A stretch of 64,000 bases of DNA from Rebecca billardiae RCC1528. Its lineage: Eukaryota > Protista > Haptophyta. The position numbers and the translations under genes were made by a program. The DNA is taken from contig OZ251230.1 in NCBI GenBank assembly GCA_965240325.2, positions 1,674,001 through 1,738,000 of the forward strand. Direction: 5' to 3'. A model generated the notes under the pieces. That model made no database searches. It saw only the letters and a list, made by a program, of their open reading frames with translations, and had not been told where the DNA came from. Below, one piece after another: positions 32,930 through 46,364 of this stretch (position 1 is its first letter; every line of letters starts with the position of its first letter).

Positions 32930-35900
32930 TCAGGCACGGAACTCACTCGAATCCTCGCGGGTTGGCTGCGCCTCGTCGTCCGCGTCGTGTCCGTCGTCGC
33001 GCGCGCGTGCAGAGCGGTCGCGCGACCTGTCAGTCCCGGGCGCGGTGGAGCCGGGCGCTGGGGTGCCGGGCGCGGTGGAGGCCATCGCGAGGGAGGGCGC
33101 AGGCGAGCGAGGCCCGGCCGCGCGCCGCTCGTCGTGCTCCGGCGACGTGGGCGACGCCTCGAGCGCGGGCGGCATCCGGATCTCGCCGATGCGCCCGCCG
33201 TTGGGCTGGGGCGCGGGCGTGGGCGTGCCCATCGAGCCGGAGCTGCCCTCGCCGGTGCTCGACGTCGAGGTGGTGCTCCGCCGCTTCGCATCGGCGGGCG
33301 CGACGGGCGGCGGGCGGGCGGCGCCGAACGCGGGCAGCTCTGGCAGCTCCGACGTCGGCGGCCGAGTCGAGTTGCGGCTCGAGCCGCCGGGCGGCCCGCC
33401 GTCGGAGCGCATCGACGAGCGGCCCGAGCCGAGCGAGAGGTAGGAGAGGAAGGAGCGGGCCGTCTCCGCCGCGGCCATCGACGGCGCGCGCGACACGTTG
33501 GCGCCGTACATGGGCGAGGGGGTGGGCTCCTTGCTCGCGGTGTCGGCGGCATCGGCGCCGCCTGCGTCGGCGCCGCTGGCGTTGCTCTCGCGGAGCTCCT
33601 GCAGCTTGGCCAGGCGCGTGGCGCGCGCCGACGCGGACTCTGACCAGAAGGACCATCCTGAGAACGCGCTGCCGTGCGATCGCCGCGTGGTGAAATCGTC
33701 CTCCCGGCTGCTCTGCGCCTCGACCACGCCGCCGCTGCGAGCGTACCCGGCAGCGACAGGCGTGTGCAGCGTGGTGGCGGATGCGAGCGAGTCCTTGCGC
33801 TCGCGGACGAAGGCGGGGTTGGGCGTCCCGCGTGCCGCCGTCATCATCGGCGCGGACGAGTCAGGCGTGTCGGGCACGCGCGACGGCGTCTGCGGCGCCG
33901 AGTCCGGGGGCGCGTTGAGCAGCCCGCGCCCCTCGCCGCTGTCGCGCGTGTTGGCGACGCGCCGGCCTCCGAGCATCAGCCCGACGAGGCTCGGCCGTGT
34001 GCTGCGGTTGTGGCTGCTCGAGGGGCGCGAGGGCCGGTTCGAGCGGCCGAGGCCGACGCCGGGCACGTGCATCTCATCCTCGGCGTCGCTCGCGCGGCGC
34101 GAGCGCAGCGCGTAGATCTCGTCGACGATGCTCGCGTTGTTGCCCTTGCGCGCGCGCGTGAGCTTGGCTGTGCGCGCCTCGACCTGGCTCCCTTTCTTCG
34201 CGTTCACGCGGAAGAGCAGCAGCTTGTGCAGGTAGGTGATGCCCGGGATGAGCGAGATGGCGAGGGTGGGGATGAGGACGATCAGCGTGACCGCCACGTC
34301 CGCAAGCAGCCAGTACGCCGTCGCCGTGTCGCGCAGCACCGTGCGGAAGACGCGCTCGACGCGGCCGGCGCGAGCGTCGCTCTCGCGAGTGCCGGCGAGC
34401 CACGCCATCGTCGACGTCATCATGTGCAGCGCCGCGTACTGCAGCGCGAGCAGCAGCACCACCTGCTCCTGGCGCAGCACGCGCGTCGCCGCCCAGCCGG
34501 AGAGGCGCACGAACGAGCCGAAGAGCGCGTACACAACCACCGCGCCGACGTGCAGCGCGAGCAGCAGGAAGGCGGAGAGCACGTAGAACTTGGGCTCGCG
34601 CGAGCGCGTGTGCTGCCCCGAGCACGCGCGCAGGCCCGCGACGAGCCCGCCGACGATCAGGCACTGCAGCAGCGGCACGATGAAGAGGAAGAGCTCGAGC
34701 AGGTCCCAGCGCGCCGCGGTCGAGCGCGCGCGATTGTCCAGCTCGGACGCCGCCGAGCTCGGCGAGACGAAGTTGTCCGCGCTCATCGAGTTGGCGAGCG
34801 CGTGCTCGTGCGTCGTGCTCAGCAGCATCTCCTTGGCGAGCGCGAGCAGCAGCACCGTCGCGATCGTGTACCGGCCGGGCTGCGCGAAGCTCCACGCGCC
34901 GCGCTTGGCGACGTCGTCGAGCGCGTGCCGCTCCCACGCGAGCCAGCCGGCGCGCTCGCTCGCGAGCACCCACCGGCCGAAGCCGCCCCAGTCGTCGCGC
35001 AGCACCTCGCGCAGCCCGAAGCCGGTCGGGTTGAAGATGAAGGGCGCGTACAGCCACGAGCCGACGAGCACGGAGACCGAGAACCAGAAGGGGAAGCGCG
35101 GGAGCACCTGCGGCCGCGAGCACAGCGTCATCGCGAGCAGCGTGAACAGTTCCGCCGCCGGCTGCAGGTTTGCGTGCGCGTACGCGCGGAACTGCTCGTG
35201 GTACGGCTGGCGCGCCGTCTGGATGCCGCGGCCGGTCGCCATGTACTGCGCGCCGCCGCTCGAGATCTCCTTGCGGTACGAGTACCCGATCCACTGCGCC
35301 TGGAAGGTGAAGAAGGCCCACGAGAAGGTGAGCAGCTGAGAGACAAGCGCCCACGCGCCCGTGAGGATTCCCTTCTCCAGCGCCTCCTCAAAGAAGAGCG
35401 GCAGCGCCTGCGCGAGCACCCACAGCAGGCAGATCGGCCCAAACTGCGCCTCGAGCACGAACGAGGCGACCAGCGCGTACGTGCGCTGCTGCCCCTCGCC
35501 CTGCCCGTCCACGACGGTCGGCCCGACGTACTCCGGCGGCGGCGGGCGCAGCTCCGCGTCGCACAGCACGAAGTAGAGCAGCATGAAGACAAACGTCCAC
35601 AGCGAGATCTCCATCAGCACCGGCGTCAGATAGAAGGCGATGTGGCCGTACCAGAACGCGAGCTGCCGGCCGAACGGCAGCCGCGTGCCCATGCGGTACG
35701 CCTGGCGCGTGAGCGACATCTCAGCGCAGCCGCGGCTCAGCTTGGACATGAACTTGAGCTGCCCGCCGAACGACATCTCGCGCCCCTTGCCCACCTGCAT
35801 GTACTCGCGGTGGATCACGTTGCCGCCGCGCAGCATCAGGTCCATCCCGGCGAAGATGTCCTCGGAGAGGTTGAGCCCCTTGGTCGCCTTGGAGACGCCG

Positions 35901-38900
35901 CCCTGCGCCATCATCGTCAGCTTCTCCATCACGTCCGGGTGGCCGTAGTACTGCCGCGAGATGAGCGGCCGGTCCATCGTGCGCTGGAACAGCGTGCCAA
36001 ACACGTACTCGGACGACGCGGTGAAGTGCGCGATCGTGCCGAGCGACGAGTACACGTGCTCGCGGAAGCCGAGGATCGAGATGCGCTCGCGCGTGCCCGT
36101 CGGGTCGAGCTCAAACTCGCCGAGCGCGTTGCAGATCTTCAGCGCCTCCTCGAGGTAGCCCTGCGGCGCAGGCGGCGGGCGGCGGGCGGCGGCGCGTGAG
36201 CCGCTGGGTTGCGCGCGCGAGCGTGCGCGCCGGCGTGCGCGGCGCGCGCACCTCCTGGTTGGAGTCGATCGTCTGCACGAGGCGGCCGCGCACGAACTGC
36301 ATCGCCACGTTCTGGTTGTCGCCCTTGCCGTCGCCGAGGATCGGGTGGCCGGGCAGCTCGACGCGGATGCGCGGCTCGCGCCGACCGTTCGGCGCGCGGC
36401 GGCACGAGGAGTCGATGAGGCACGCGTACCAGCGCTTGCCGTACACCGCGCTCTCGTCGAGCTCCTCGTCGATGAAGGCGATGTTGAGCCGGGGGAACTC
36501 GCCGAGCAGCATGTCCGTCGCCTCGAGGAACTCCGCGTCGAAGTGCGCGTACCGCTGCATCGAGACGATGCACTGGAACTTTCCCTTGATGACCTCGATC
36601 CGCTGCGCGTGCGAGAGGTCGGGCCGCTGCACGGCGAGCAGCAGGTGCATCGCCTTCTCGTACTGCATCATGCCGCGCACGGTGCGGTAGAGCGTCTGCG
36701 TGCGCATCGACGCCCACTTGCGCAGCGGCATGATCTGCCGGCGCAGCCGCGCCGCCGCGAGCGGCGCGTCGGCCGGCGAGCCCTGCACGGTCGGCAGCTG
36801 CGGCACGTACGGGCCCGGGGTCTTGGGCTCGGCCGAGCCGTCCGCGCTCGGCAGCGGCAGCAGCGGCGAGCTGCGGCTCGGGCTGGTGACGAGCTGCGAC
36901 TCGCACGAGCGGTGCGACTCTGTGTTCGTCGCCGAGCGCCCGTCGACGAACGACGAGTTCTGGTCGGTCTCCGAGCGGTAGGTGTGCCGGCCGGGCTCGG
37001 CGGAGGGCGCGCCAGGCTGCGCGGCGGGCGGCGCCTCCACCGCGCCCGCGCCGCTCGCCGCCGACGTGCGGAGCTTGGGCGACGCCGGCCCGCACCGCCC
37101 GCGCGCGATCGGCGACGGCCCGGCGGAGGCGCGCGTGGAGAGGCTGGGGCCCAAGCGCCTGCGCGTGCCCGGCGTCTCCGCGTCGGCGCCGCTGCGGCGC
37201 GCGCCGCCGGCCGCGCCCGCGCGCGACTTGCGCGCGCTCGCCAGCACGCCGTGGTTCAAGTCGGCGCGCTGCTTCTCCGTCAGCCGCGTGCTCTGTTGCG
37301 CGATGCGCGCGAGCTCCGCGGCCTCGTACTCGCCGCCGTCCTCGAGCCGCGCGGCCGCCGCCTCCCAAATCCGGTGCCACCGCCGCTCGCCCAGCCGCGA
37401 GCGGAAGCAGTCGAGCTCGTCCGGAAAGTACTCGATCAGCAGCGCGATCAGCGGCTCGGGCTCGTCCGAGAGCGCCGCGCCCGCCGAGCGCGCGCCGCGC
37501 ACCTTGGCCGCGTCGGCGACCTTGGTGAAGAGCTCGTCCTCCGAAAGGATGATCGTCTCGGAGTAGTGCGGGATGAGCACGGTGAACGCCGGCACGGCCT
37601 CGAGCGGCTGCGGCTGCGGCATCGGCATGGCGAGCGTGCGCATCCAGTACGTGAGGCGGCGGCGCGCCTCGCTCGACTCGGGGAGCAGGTGGTCAGCGGG
37701 CACGCGCGCGGACGACTGCAGCAGCTCGGGGCGCGTGGGCGAGGTGGCGGGCATGCGCTCGCCCGTGTCCTTGTCGACCACCATCCCGTCCATCAGCACC
37801 TCGTCCGCCTTCACGTCCTCGTACCGCAGCCGGCGCAGCTCCTCCACGGTGAGGTGGTCGCCGTCGAAGAGCGCGACCACGATGGCGTTCCACACCTTGG
37901 CGAACTTGCGCTCGAGCACCGGGTGCATCGGCTCGAAGAGCCTCTTGTACACGTCGGGCGAGGAGGGCGTGTCGATGGCGAAGAGCTGCGCGACCGCTGC
38001 GGCGGGCAGGTCGCACATCCGGCGCAGCGGCACGGCCTTCGCCGCGCCGTTCGGGCCCTCGAGCTTGAGGATCCACAGCCCGCGCGCCGTGCCGTACACG
38101 CACACGCCGAGCACGTACCAGAAGTAGGTGGAGGCGCAGTGCGGCAGGAACGCGGCCATCCACACGACCGCCTGCTGCATTGTGCGCGAGAAGAGAACGC
38201 GCGACGTGTGGAGCTCGGCGTACAGCGAGCGCTCGAGGAAGGGCTGCAGCGGCTGCGCCTCCTCGAGCAGCGCCGTGCCGATCGCGACCGCGCGCAGCAG
38301 CACCGTCGTCTCCATCGCGCACTTGGCGGAGAAGACGAGCACCCAGAAGAGAACGAGGCCGAGCGCCGTCCGGCGCGGCGTGTACACGTTCGCGTCGAAC
38401 TGCGCGAGCTTGCGCCGCACCGAGCGCGGCACCATCGTCGTGCGCACGACGATGAAGGCGGAGACGAGGAGAAACGTGCCCACCAGCAGCGGCTCGTCCG
38501 GCCGCGGCCAGTTCGCCGCGAGCATGCCGAAGAGGACGAACTGGATCGCGTACGGCAGCGTCTTGTCATACTCGAGCAGAACGGTGAGCGCGGTGTGCGA
38601 CGCCTTCACCTCAGACTTGCACGCGTCCGCGGTGATCTGCACGAAGGAGGGCATGAGGAAGCCGCCCCACAGGAAGAGCGACGACGACGGCCGCACCCAC
38701 GCGCCCGTCGCGTAGATCCGCAGCGCGATCAGCACGAGCGCGTAGAACGCGACGAAGTGGTAGATGGCGATGCGCGCATACCCGGCGATCACGTTGTGCC
38801 AGGAGTGGCACTCGATGTGCACCTTGCACCCCTTCATCGTGCGCTCCCAGTCGACGCGCGCGAGCGCCGCCCAGCGCTCGGACGAGGGCGCGTCGAGCAC

Positions 38901-41900
38901 GGGCTCGCCCGTCATCGTCACGACGCGCCGCACGCCCTTGGGCGTCCACACGAGCTCGTTCCAGTCGTCATAGTTGTAGAGCGCCTTCTCGCCCGGCGCG
39001 AGCGGCCGGTCGACCGGCCGCCCGTCCGGCCCGAGCCCGGAGAACATCGCGCCGAACATGTGCCGGTACAGCGGGATCACGTAGTCGCGCAGGTAGTTGC
39101 CCTCGGGCGTGCAGCCCGAGCGCTTGCCGAACTCGGCCCACATCTCGTCCGAGCTGGTCATCTTGGTGCGGCGCGCGTTGTGCGGCGCGAGCTGCGCGGT
39201 GCTCGACTCCGCGCGCATCAGCGCGCCCGCGGGCGCCTCGGGCGGCGCCGGCGCCGAGCTCGCCGCGCCGCCGAGCACCGCGAGCACGTTGTGCCGCGCG
39301 ACGCGGCCGCGGAGCACGTCGTCGCCCGCCGGCGTGTGCCCGCCGCTCAGGCTGCGGTGCACGTCTCCCTCGAACCCCGACTTGCGCGAGAAGCGCTTCG
39401 AGCGGCCGGACGGAGCGGACGGCGCCTTGCTCGCGGCCGGGTCGGACTGCGCCGCGCGCGACACCTCCTGCGCGTTGCGCACGTGCTGCAGCGCGGCGAG
39501 CTGCAGCTGCGGGATCGGCGGGATCGGCGCGCGCGACAGCGCCGTGTCCGGCGAGCCGCACACGCCCCAGCCCGCGCCGCCGCCGCCGCTTCCGCCGGCG
39601 CGCGCGCTCGCGGCCGGCGTCGACGCGACCGACTCGGCATACGCCGGGACCATGTCCACCTTCGCCTCCGAGCTGCGCCCCATCCGCCCCGCGAGGCCGG
39701 CCGGCTCGGCCGCCGCGCCGCCGAGCAGCTCGAGCCCGACGCCGGGCAGGCCCCAGGTGCCGCCGAGCTCGAGGGCCGCGGCCTGCTGCAGCTCGTCGAG
39801 GACGGCGAGCCGGCGCGAGCGCTCCCACGCCTGCGCGTCGTACGCCGCGACCGCGTCCTCGCCGTCATCCTCGTACGCGGCGTCGTCGTCGTCGCCCTCG
39901 GCGAGGCGCTCCATCGCGCTCGACCACTGCTCGAGCCACACCGCCTCGGCGTGCGGCACGCCCGCCGCGCCCGCCACGCCGCCGCCGGGCAGGCCACTCT
40001 CGGCGACGCGCTTGAGCACGCGCATGCCGTCCGCCCACGCCGCCTCCCACTTTTCACTCTCCTTGGCGTCGTTGTCCGCGCTCGCGAGCGAGCGTAGGCC
40101 GTCGAGCGCCTCGCTGATCTTGCGCGCCTGCCAGGCGGGCGCGGCGGCCGAGCGCGCGCGAGCGTCGCTCAGCGAGTTGAGGTCGGCGATCGCGCGCAGC
40201 GTGCGGTTGCGCCGGCGCTCGCCCATCAGCATCTCGCGCTGCGTCATCTCGCGGAGCCGGGCGAGCGCGCTCGCGCGCTTATTGATCAGCCAGCGCCCGT
40301 CGTCCGCGTCGCCCGACTTGGCCTCGGCGACGGCCGCCTCCTCCAGGTCGGCGAGCAGCGTGGCGAGCTCGGCGCGCCGCGCCGCGCGCGCGTTCGCGCC
40401 AGCGTCCACCGCCTCCTCGAGCGGCCCGGCGTCCTCGTCCTCGTAGCCCCAGTCGTCGTCGATCTTGCCCGCAGACGGGTTCTCGCGCTCGTCCGCTGTC
40501 GACTCGCGGCCCGACTCGCCGCCCCAGTCCGAGCCGTTCTCGAACGACTGCTCCGCGTCCGTCACGCCGAGGTACGCCAGGTGTGACAGGCAATCGCGCG
40601 CCCACTGCCGCTCGCCCTCGAACGCGTACTTGTCGTCGACGAGGCGCTGGAGCTCCGCGCGCGCGCGCGCGCGCGCGGCGATCACGTCCGAGAGTGCGCG
40701 CGTGCCGCCCTCCTGCCGCGCGACGTCGGCGAGCTCCTCAAAGCAGCGCTCGACCGCGCGGTCCCACGGCCCTCCGGGCTTCTCCCACGGCGCCTGGTCC
40801 TCGTCGAGCGCGCGCAGCTCGGCGATCGAGATGAGCGCCCACGCGCGGTCCCACTCGGCCTGCTCGACGGGCGTGTGCGTCGAGGAGGCGAGTTTGCGCA
40901 GCTCGGAAACGGCGTCGTGCGCCCACTGCCGCGCGCGCGCGTGCTCGCCGCCCGCGCCGCCCGAGGACGGGCTGCCCGCGCCGCCGCCGACGCCGACGCG
41001 CGCGCCGCCGCCGGCCTCGTCGTCCGAGGACGAGTCGGACGCGGAGTCAGCCGCGTGCATCAGCTGCAGCGCCGAGCGCGACGCGAGGTCCTGCACGTCG
41101 CCGAGCGCGTTGAGTCGCATCACGCGCACCCACGCGCCGCCGTCGCCCGCGCCCGGCTCGGCCGCGGCCGCGCTCTGGAGAGAGCCGACCGCCTGCAGCC
41201 GGCGCTCGCGCAGCGCGTCGCGCTCGCGCTTGCGCCGCGCCGACACGACGGCGCCGGTGAGCGAGCCGCGCGCCATCTTCGGCTTGAGCGCGGAGGAGGA
41301 GGCCGAGTGGTCGTGCGACGCGCGGCGGCCCTCGTGCTTCGGCGCGCCGGCCTTCTGCTGGCCGGCGACGCGCGCCTCGGCGCGCTCGCGCTGCGTCTCG
41401 CCCTCCGTGGGCAGGAGCGCGCGGTACTGCTCGCCCGGCCGGCCGGAAGCGATCGAGCCGAGGCCCTCGAGACGCGTCGTCGTGCGCGCGGTGCGCGCCG
41501 TCTGGTGCCCGCGCTCCTTGAGCCCGTGGAACGAGACGCGCGCGCGCCGGATGAAGTCCGACTTGCGCGCGGGGCGGCTGTCCGGCGCGGGGCCCTTCGC
41601 CACGCGCGCGCTCGGCGTGGCGTCGAGCGCGCCGAACCGGCCGGCTTGCTCGGGCGAGTGGCCGATGCTCGGCGAGGCGCCGCCGGAGAGCGCGTTGTGC
41701 CGCAGCTGCGTCAGCTTGGCCGAGGAGCGGCGCGAGCGGCCCGCGTCGTCGTGCTGCGAGCTACCACGACGTGAGCTGCCGCCGCACGAGCACGCGCTAC
41801 CCGAGGCGTGCAACGCGCCGTGGCACGAGCAGCCGCCGCGCGAGCCGCGCCGCGCGCCGCCACCGCCGCCGCTCGCGCCGAGCGCCGCCGCACTCGCCGT

Positions 41901-44900
41901 GTGCAGCAGCCCGCCGCCGCCGCTCAGCTCGTCGACGACGAGCGCGTTGCTGCTGCTGGCGTGCAGCGCACCCGCGACCGGAAGCAGCGCATCCTGCGCG
42001 TGGTGCCGCGCGCACTCGAAGAAGAAGCAGAGAATCTCCGGGCAGAAGCGCAGGTTGCCCGCCTCCGCCCACAGGCAGAGGTAGAGCGCCATCTCGTGCA
42101 GCCGCTGCGTGTGCGACGGCGTGCGGTACTTGACGAAGACCACCTTCTTCTTGCGCTCGAAGGACCAGAGTCCAGCAGACGTGTCCAGCCAGCGCTCAAA
42201 GGACTCGAACATGAGCAGGTGCAGCTGCTCCGCCGCGAGGTTCTCGTCGCCGCACGAGGACGTGTGCGACGCCCACAGCTGCAGCAGGTGCTCGTGCTGC
42301 GCGACCACCGACGGGCGCTGGAAGCCGAACAGGCACTGCAGCTGCGCGAAGTGCGCGCGCAGCTCGGCGCGCGCCGAGCGCGAGATCTTGACGCGCGTGC
42401 GGCACGCGTTCACCAGCACGACCGCCGCGCTTGCCGCGCTGCCGGGCACGCCGTACGGCGCCGCGCCCGCGGCCTTGGCGCTCTTGGCGCGCGCCGCGCC
42501 GCCCGTCAGTCGCACCACCGCGCGCGCGGCGACGCGCCAGCCCAGGAAGCCGCGCCGCTTGTCCGCCTTGCTTCGGCCGCCGTGCCGCGAGTGGCGCGCG
42601 GACGCCGCCGCCGCCGAGGTGCGCGAGCCGCGCGAATGGCGCTGCTCGGCGGTCGCGGCGGCCGCCGCGCCGTCCGCCGCGCCGTCCGCCGCGGCGGCCT
42701 CCGCCGCCGCCGCCGCCGCCGCCTCCGCGCGCGACGCCTTGCGCAGCTGCTGCTGCCGCTTGAGCTCGGCGAGCCGCGCCGCCTTGGCGCGCTCGTTGCG
42801 CGTGCGACAGCACAGGACGAGAAGGACAGCCCAGAGCACGAGCGCAAAGACGACGGCGAGGAGCCACGAGAGCGGGTAGCGCGACTCGCACTGGCCCGTG
42901 CGGATGAGCGTGTTGCAGCACTCGCGCCCGCCCGCGATGTCGATCGCCCACGCCTGCAGCACGTGGTTGGCGCGCTGCCGTATCGTGCAGCCGTGGTACC
43001 GCCCGCCGCGGCGCACGTCCACGCACGCGGCCTCGGCGACCGAGCCCTCAAGCAGCGCGCACTGCGCCTCGATCAGCTCCTGCAGCTCGGCGTACGAGTG
43101 GTTCACGAGCACCTTGCACCGCCGCGCCTCGTTCACAGGCTCGAGCAGCCCGAGCTCCGTCGTGTTCACGTAGCCCTCGGCGAGCGGCGCGCACACGCGC
43201 GGCCAGCCGACCGCGGGCACGAGGCACTTTGGCCCCGTCCAGCCGGCCTCGCACCTGCACACGCCCGTCTCGGCGGCGCCCTTCTCGGCCGGCGGCACGC
43301 GCGCGCACGAGCCGTGCTCGCCGCACGTGCTCCCGCGCGGCCGGTCCGGGTCGCACGCGTGGCCGCCCGCGATCACGGGCTTGATGGCCTCGCGGAGCGC
43401 GCCCTCCTCCCACACCTTGTCGCCGTCGCCCCACGCGACGTAGCGCTCCTGGTGCTTCTCGATGTAGTCGGCGGTGGGCAGGTCGTCCGGGTCGCAGTCG
43501 ACCTTGACGCCGCCGCCGCTGCCGTCCTCGTCGCGCTGGTACACGCGCACGTAGTCGATCTCGTAGTCCTCCGGCAGCTCGGCGCAGAGCCGCGCGAGCC
43601 ACTCCCGGTCGTTCACGACGCGGCCGTCCTCTTTCTCCACGAGGCACGTCGTGCACTCGGAGCGCTTGCAGTCCGTGCAGCAGTCGCAGTGGTCCGGGCA
43701 GTCGGCCCAGCCCCACAGAGGGCCGAGGTCGATGTTGAGGATGAGGTACATCGCCTCGTCCGGCATCTTGCGCGGCAGCAGCGTGCCCTCGTCCACGAGC
43801 TCGCCCGTCACCGGGTCGTCGAACGTCATCGGCCGCGGCTTGGTGATGATGGACGCGGGAACGTGATACTGCATCTTGTCGTCGAGAGTGTAGTGCACAA
43901 ACCCGTCGTCGCCCGTGCGCCACTCGCACTGGTACTTGTGCTGCGACTCGAAGTGCGTCGGGCTGAGCATCGTGTTCGCCGAGAGCGCGTCCGTGTGCAG
44001 CCGCTTGCCGTTGGGGAAGTACTCGTCTCCCCAGAACCAGTAGCTGCGGCGCGCGCGGGCGGCGGGCGCGGGCGGAGGGCGGAGGCGTGCAAAGATGGCA
44101 GACACACAAGGCGGCGGTGAGCGCGGCGTGATGTGCGGCCGAGCTGGCGGGAGGCCGCGGCACGCCGGGCACGCCTCGCGACAGCGTCCCACCACGCCCG
44201 CCGTCTCAGCCCCCGCCCCGCCCCCGCCCGCGCGCACGCGCGCCCCCCGCCCGCTGCGCATCGGCCCGCGCCCGCGCCCGCGCGCGCGGCGCGCACTTGA
44301 TCGCGACGTCGTATTCCGTGCCGTAGATGGGGCCCTCTGGGCCGTAGTTCTCCGGGCGCGGGAAGACCTCGTCATAGTACTGCATGCGCGTCGAGCCGTC
44401 GCCCGGGTGGACGAACTCGGCGGGCAGGCAGCCCAGCTTCGGCCGCTCCATCGCGTCCGGGTGCTGGCCCGGACCGAGCTGGACGGACGTCGAGATGAGC
44501 GGCTGCTTGGTCGCTATCAGCTGCATCGTCACGTTGTCGATCGGCGGGCACTCGCCCGAGTCGATGCGGAACTGGTAGTCGAAGGTGAAGTCGCCGGGCA
44601 TCACCTCGACGATGTCGATCTCCGGCGCGCCGCGCCCGTGCTCGAAACCCTCCAGCTCGTCGCACTTGTTCAGCAGCTGCGTGCCGAACTGATTTGCATC
44701 ATGGTTCTTGTTTGCGGGGCACTGCGCACAGCCGCACACGCGCAGGCGGGACGGCCGAGGCGTGCGCGAGAGAGACGCAGAGAGGAAGGGAGAGCGAGGT
44801 GTCAGGCGGCGGCGCGCGGCCGGCGCGCGCCGCGCCGCCCCTTCCGCACCAGCCGCCCCGCCGCGCGCGCGCGCGCGGCGCGTGCGGCGCGGCACCTGGT

Positions 44901-45486
44901 CGAAGTTGAACGGCCAGACGTTGTCGGTGCTCTCCTTGAACGTCGCGCGCCCCAGGTTGCCCATCATCCAGAAGGCGGGCCAGGTGCCGCCGATGTCGCT
45001 CTTGCCCGGCATCTGGGCGGAGAGCTCGATGTACCCCTCCGTGAAGCAGAACTTGTTCCACGACTGGATCATCGCCGACTGGTACGTGCGCTTCAGGTCC
45101 TTGTCGTACGGCGCCGTCCAGTCGTTCTGGTTCACCGTCAGCTTGAGCTTGCCGGCCTCGGTGCGCGCGAGGGTCGAGTTGTACGCGTTGTACTGCATGT
45201 TGGAGAAGATCGGCCCGTTCAGCCCCGTCCACTTCGGGTCGTCGCCGTCGTGGAACGTCCGCCCCTCCACCTCGAACTCGTCGCTGAACACGAGCCGGTA
45301 CTTGGTGCCACGCACCGTGATCTCGCGCGCCTCCTTGGGCGTGTCCGGATCGACGAACTCGTCAGCGTCCCATTTGCCAGGTCGGTCGGCCGCGCTCGCG
45401 CCGAGCACGGCGAGCGCCAGCGCGAGCGCTCGCGCGTGCCTCGGCCCGAGGGCGCGGCCCCTCGCGGCTCGTGGCGGGCCCCCCAT
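32930..45486 (-). CDS. KRE6/SKN1-type GH16 + EGF-like + GT48 1,3-beta-glucan synthase fusion (~4012 aa; exons 45486..44896, 44721..44297, 44043..36252, 36160..32930)
   Basis: Signal peptide; LVFSDEF, YQSAMIQSWNKFCFTEGYIE, WPAFWMMGNLGRA, GRGAPEIDIVE, YEIDYVRVYQ (SKN1/KRE6 GH16); CRCEAGWTGPKC; TM; LFGFQ..V, ALYLCLWAEAGNLRFCPE, NYDDWNE (FKS1 domain); WASMRTQTLYRTVRG, ILGDGKGDNQN, QTIDSNQEGYLEE, GVSKA..LNLSEDIFAG, QVGKGRE (GT48). All three GT-AG introns keep the frame. Confidence 0.88.
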
Positions 45487-46316
45487 GTCTGGGCCCCCAC
45501 GCTGATCCCAGCTGCTGCTCGCCAAGCTGCTTGCCCGTGCTGCACGAGCTTCGGCTCGTGAGGTCAGCAGCTTCGTGCATCAACTACTTGAAAACGCGCG
45601 AGACGTTCATCATTTGCTTCTCCACTGACGATTATTGTATCTAGCCTCGGGGATATGATAGGATGCTGGATGAATATGGCAGCCCAATTTTTGGTGTTGC
45701 CAAGACGTGCTATTTTGGACACGCGATCTGATTGGCCTACTCCCGCGCGGGCTGGCAGTGTCATATTGGGATCGGACTCCCCTCAAAACCGTTAACCTCG
45801 TTGAAACGGCCCGATCCCCCGGACTTGCATGAACACCACATCCGGACCGATCCACCCGTCCCAGAAAGCCCATGAGCCCGTCCCGGCTCAGCGGGCTCAT
45901 GACATTCCCCGTTCCATGGAAGGTCATGAGCTCCCGGACACAGTGCGCGCAGGTGCGCCTCGAGGCGAGATGAGCACCAAGGCCCGTCACAGCGCCCGTC
46001 GCGCGCGCTTGACTGCGGCGGCTGAGATGGCTGGAGCGGCGGCGCGTTGCGCTCATCCGCTCAGCCGCCCTCAGTGCACACGTGTAAATAAGCGACCTTC
46101 GGCGCAGCAGACATGTGCCGCCTTGCGGGCCCTCCTCCGCCTGCTAGCGCGGCTCGACTGCAACGGTCGCCAAAGCCAAGCATTGCCTACTGAGTCCGCT
46201 TCTGCCCGCGACACGCGCTCGAATGGCGCCTTGAGCGCGCGCGCATTGGAAACATATACACTCAGGCCCCTCTCTCCCGAGACAGCGCGCGCCTGGCTCC
46301 GCCTCCAGCGTACTGT

Positions 46317-46364
46317 ATCTCGCCTGCCTGAGCTGTGTGCGTCTCTTATTCTTAGTAAACTGTA
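46317..46364 (+). repeat. ~48-nt dispersed repeat, copy 5
   Basis: ATCTCGCCTGCCTGAGCTGTGTGCGTCTCTTATTCTTAGTAAACTGTA. Confidence 0.9.

Noticed and set aside
33674-45561. Very long plus-strand ORFs (841, 1250, 770, 488 aa) opposite the glucan synthase
   Set aside because: Antisense shadows of a high-GC3 gene; Arg/Ala-rich with no domain motifs.
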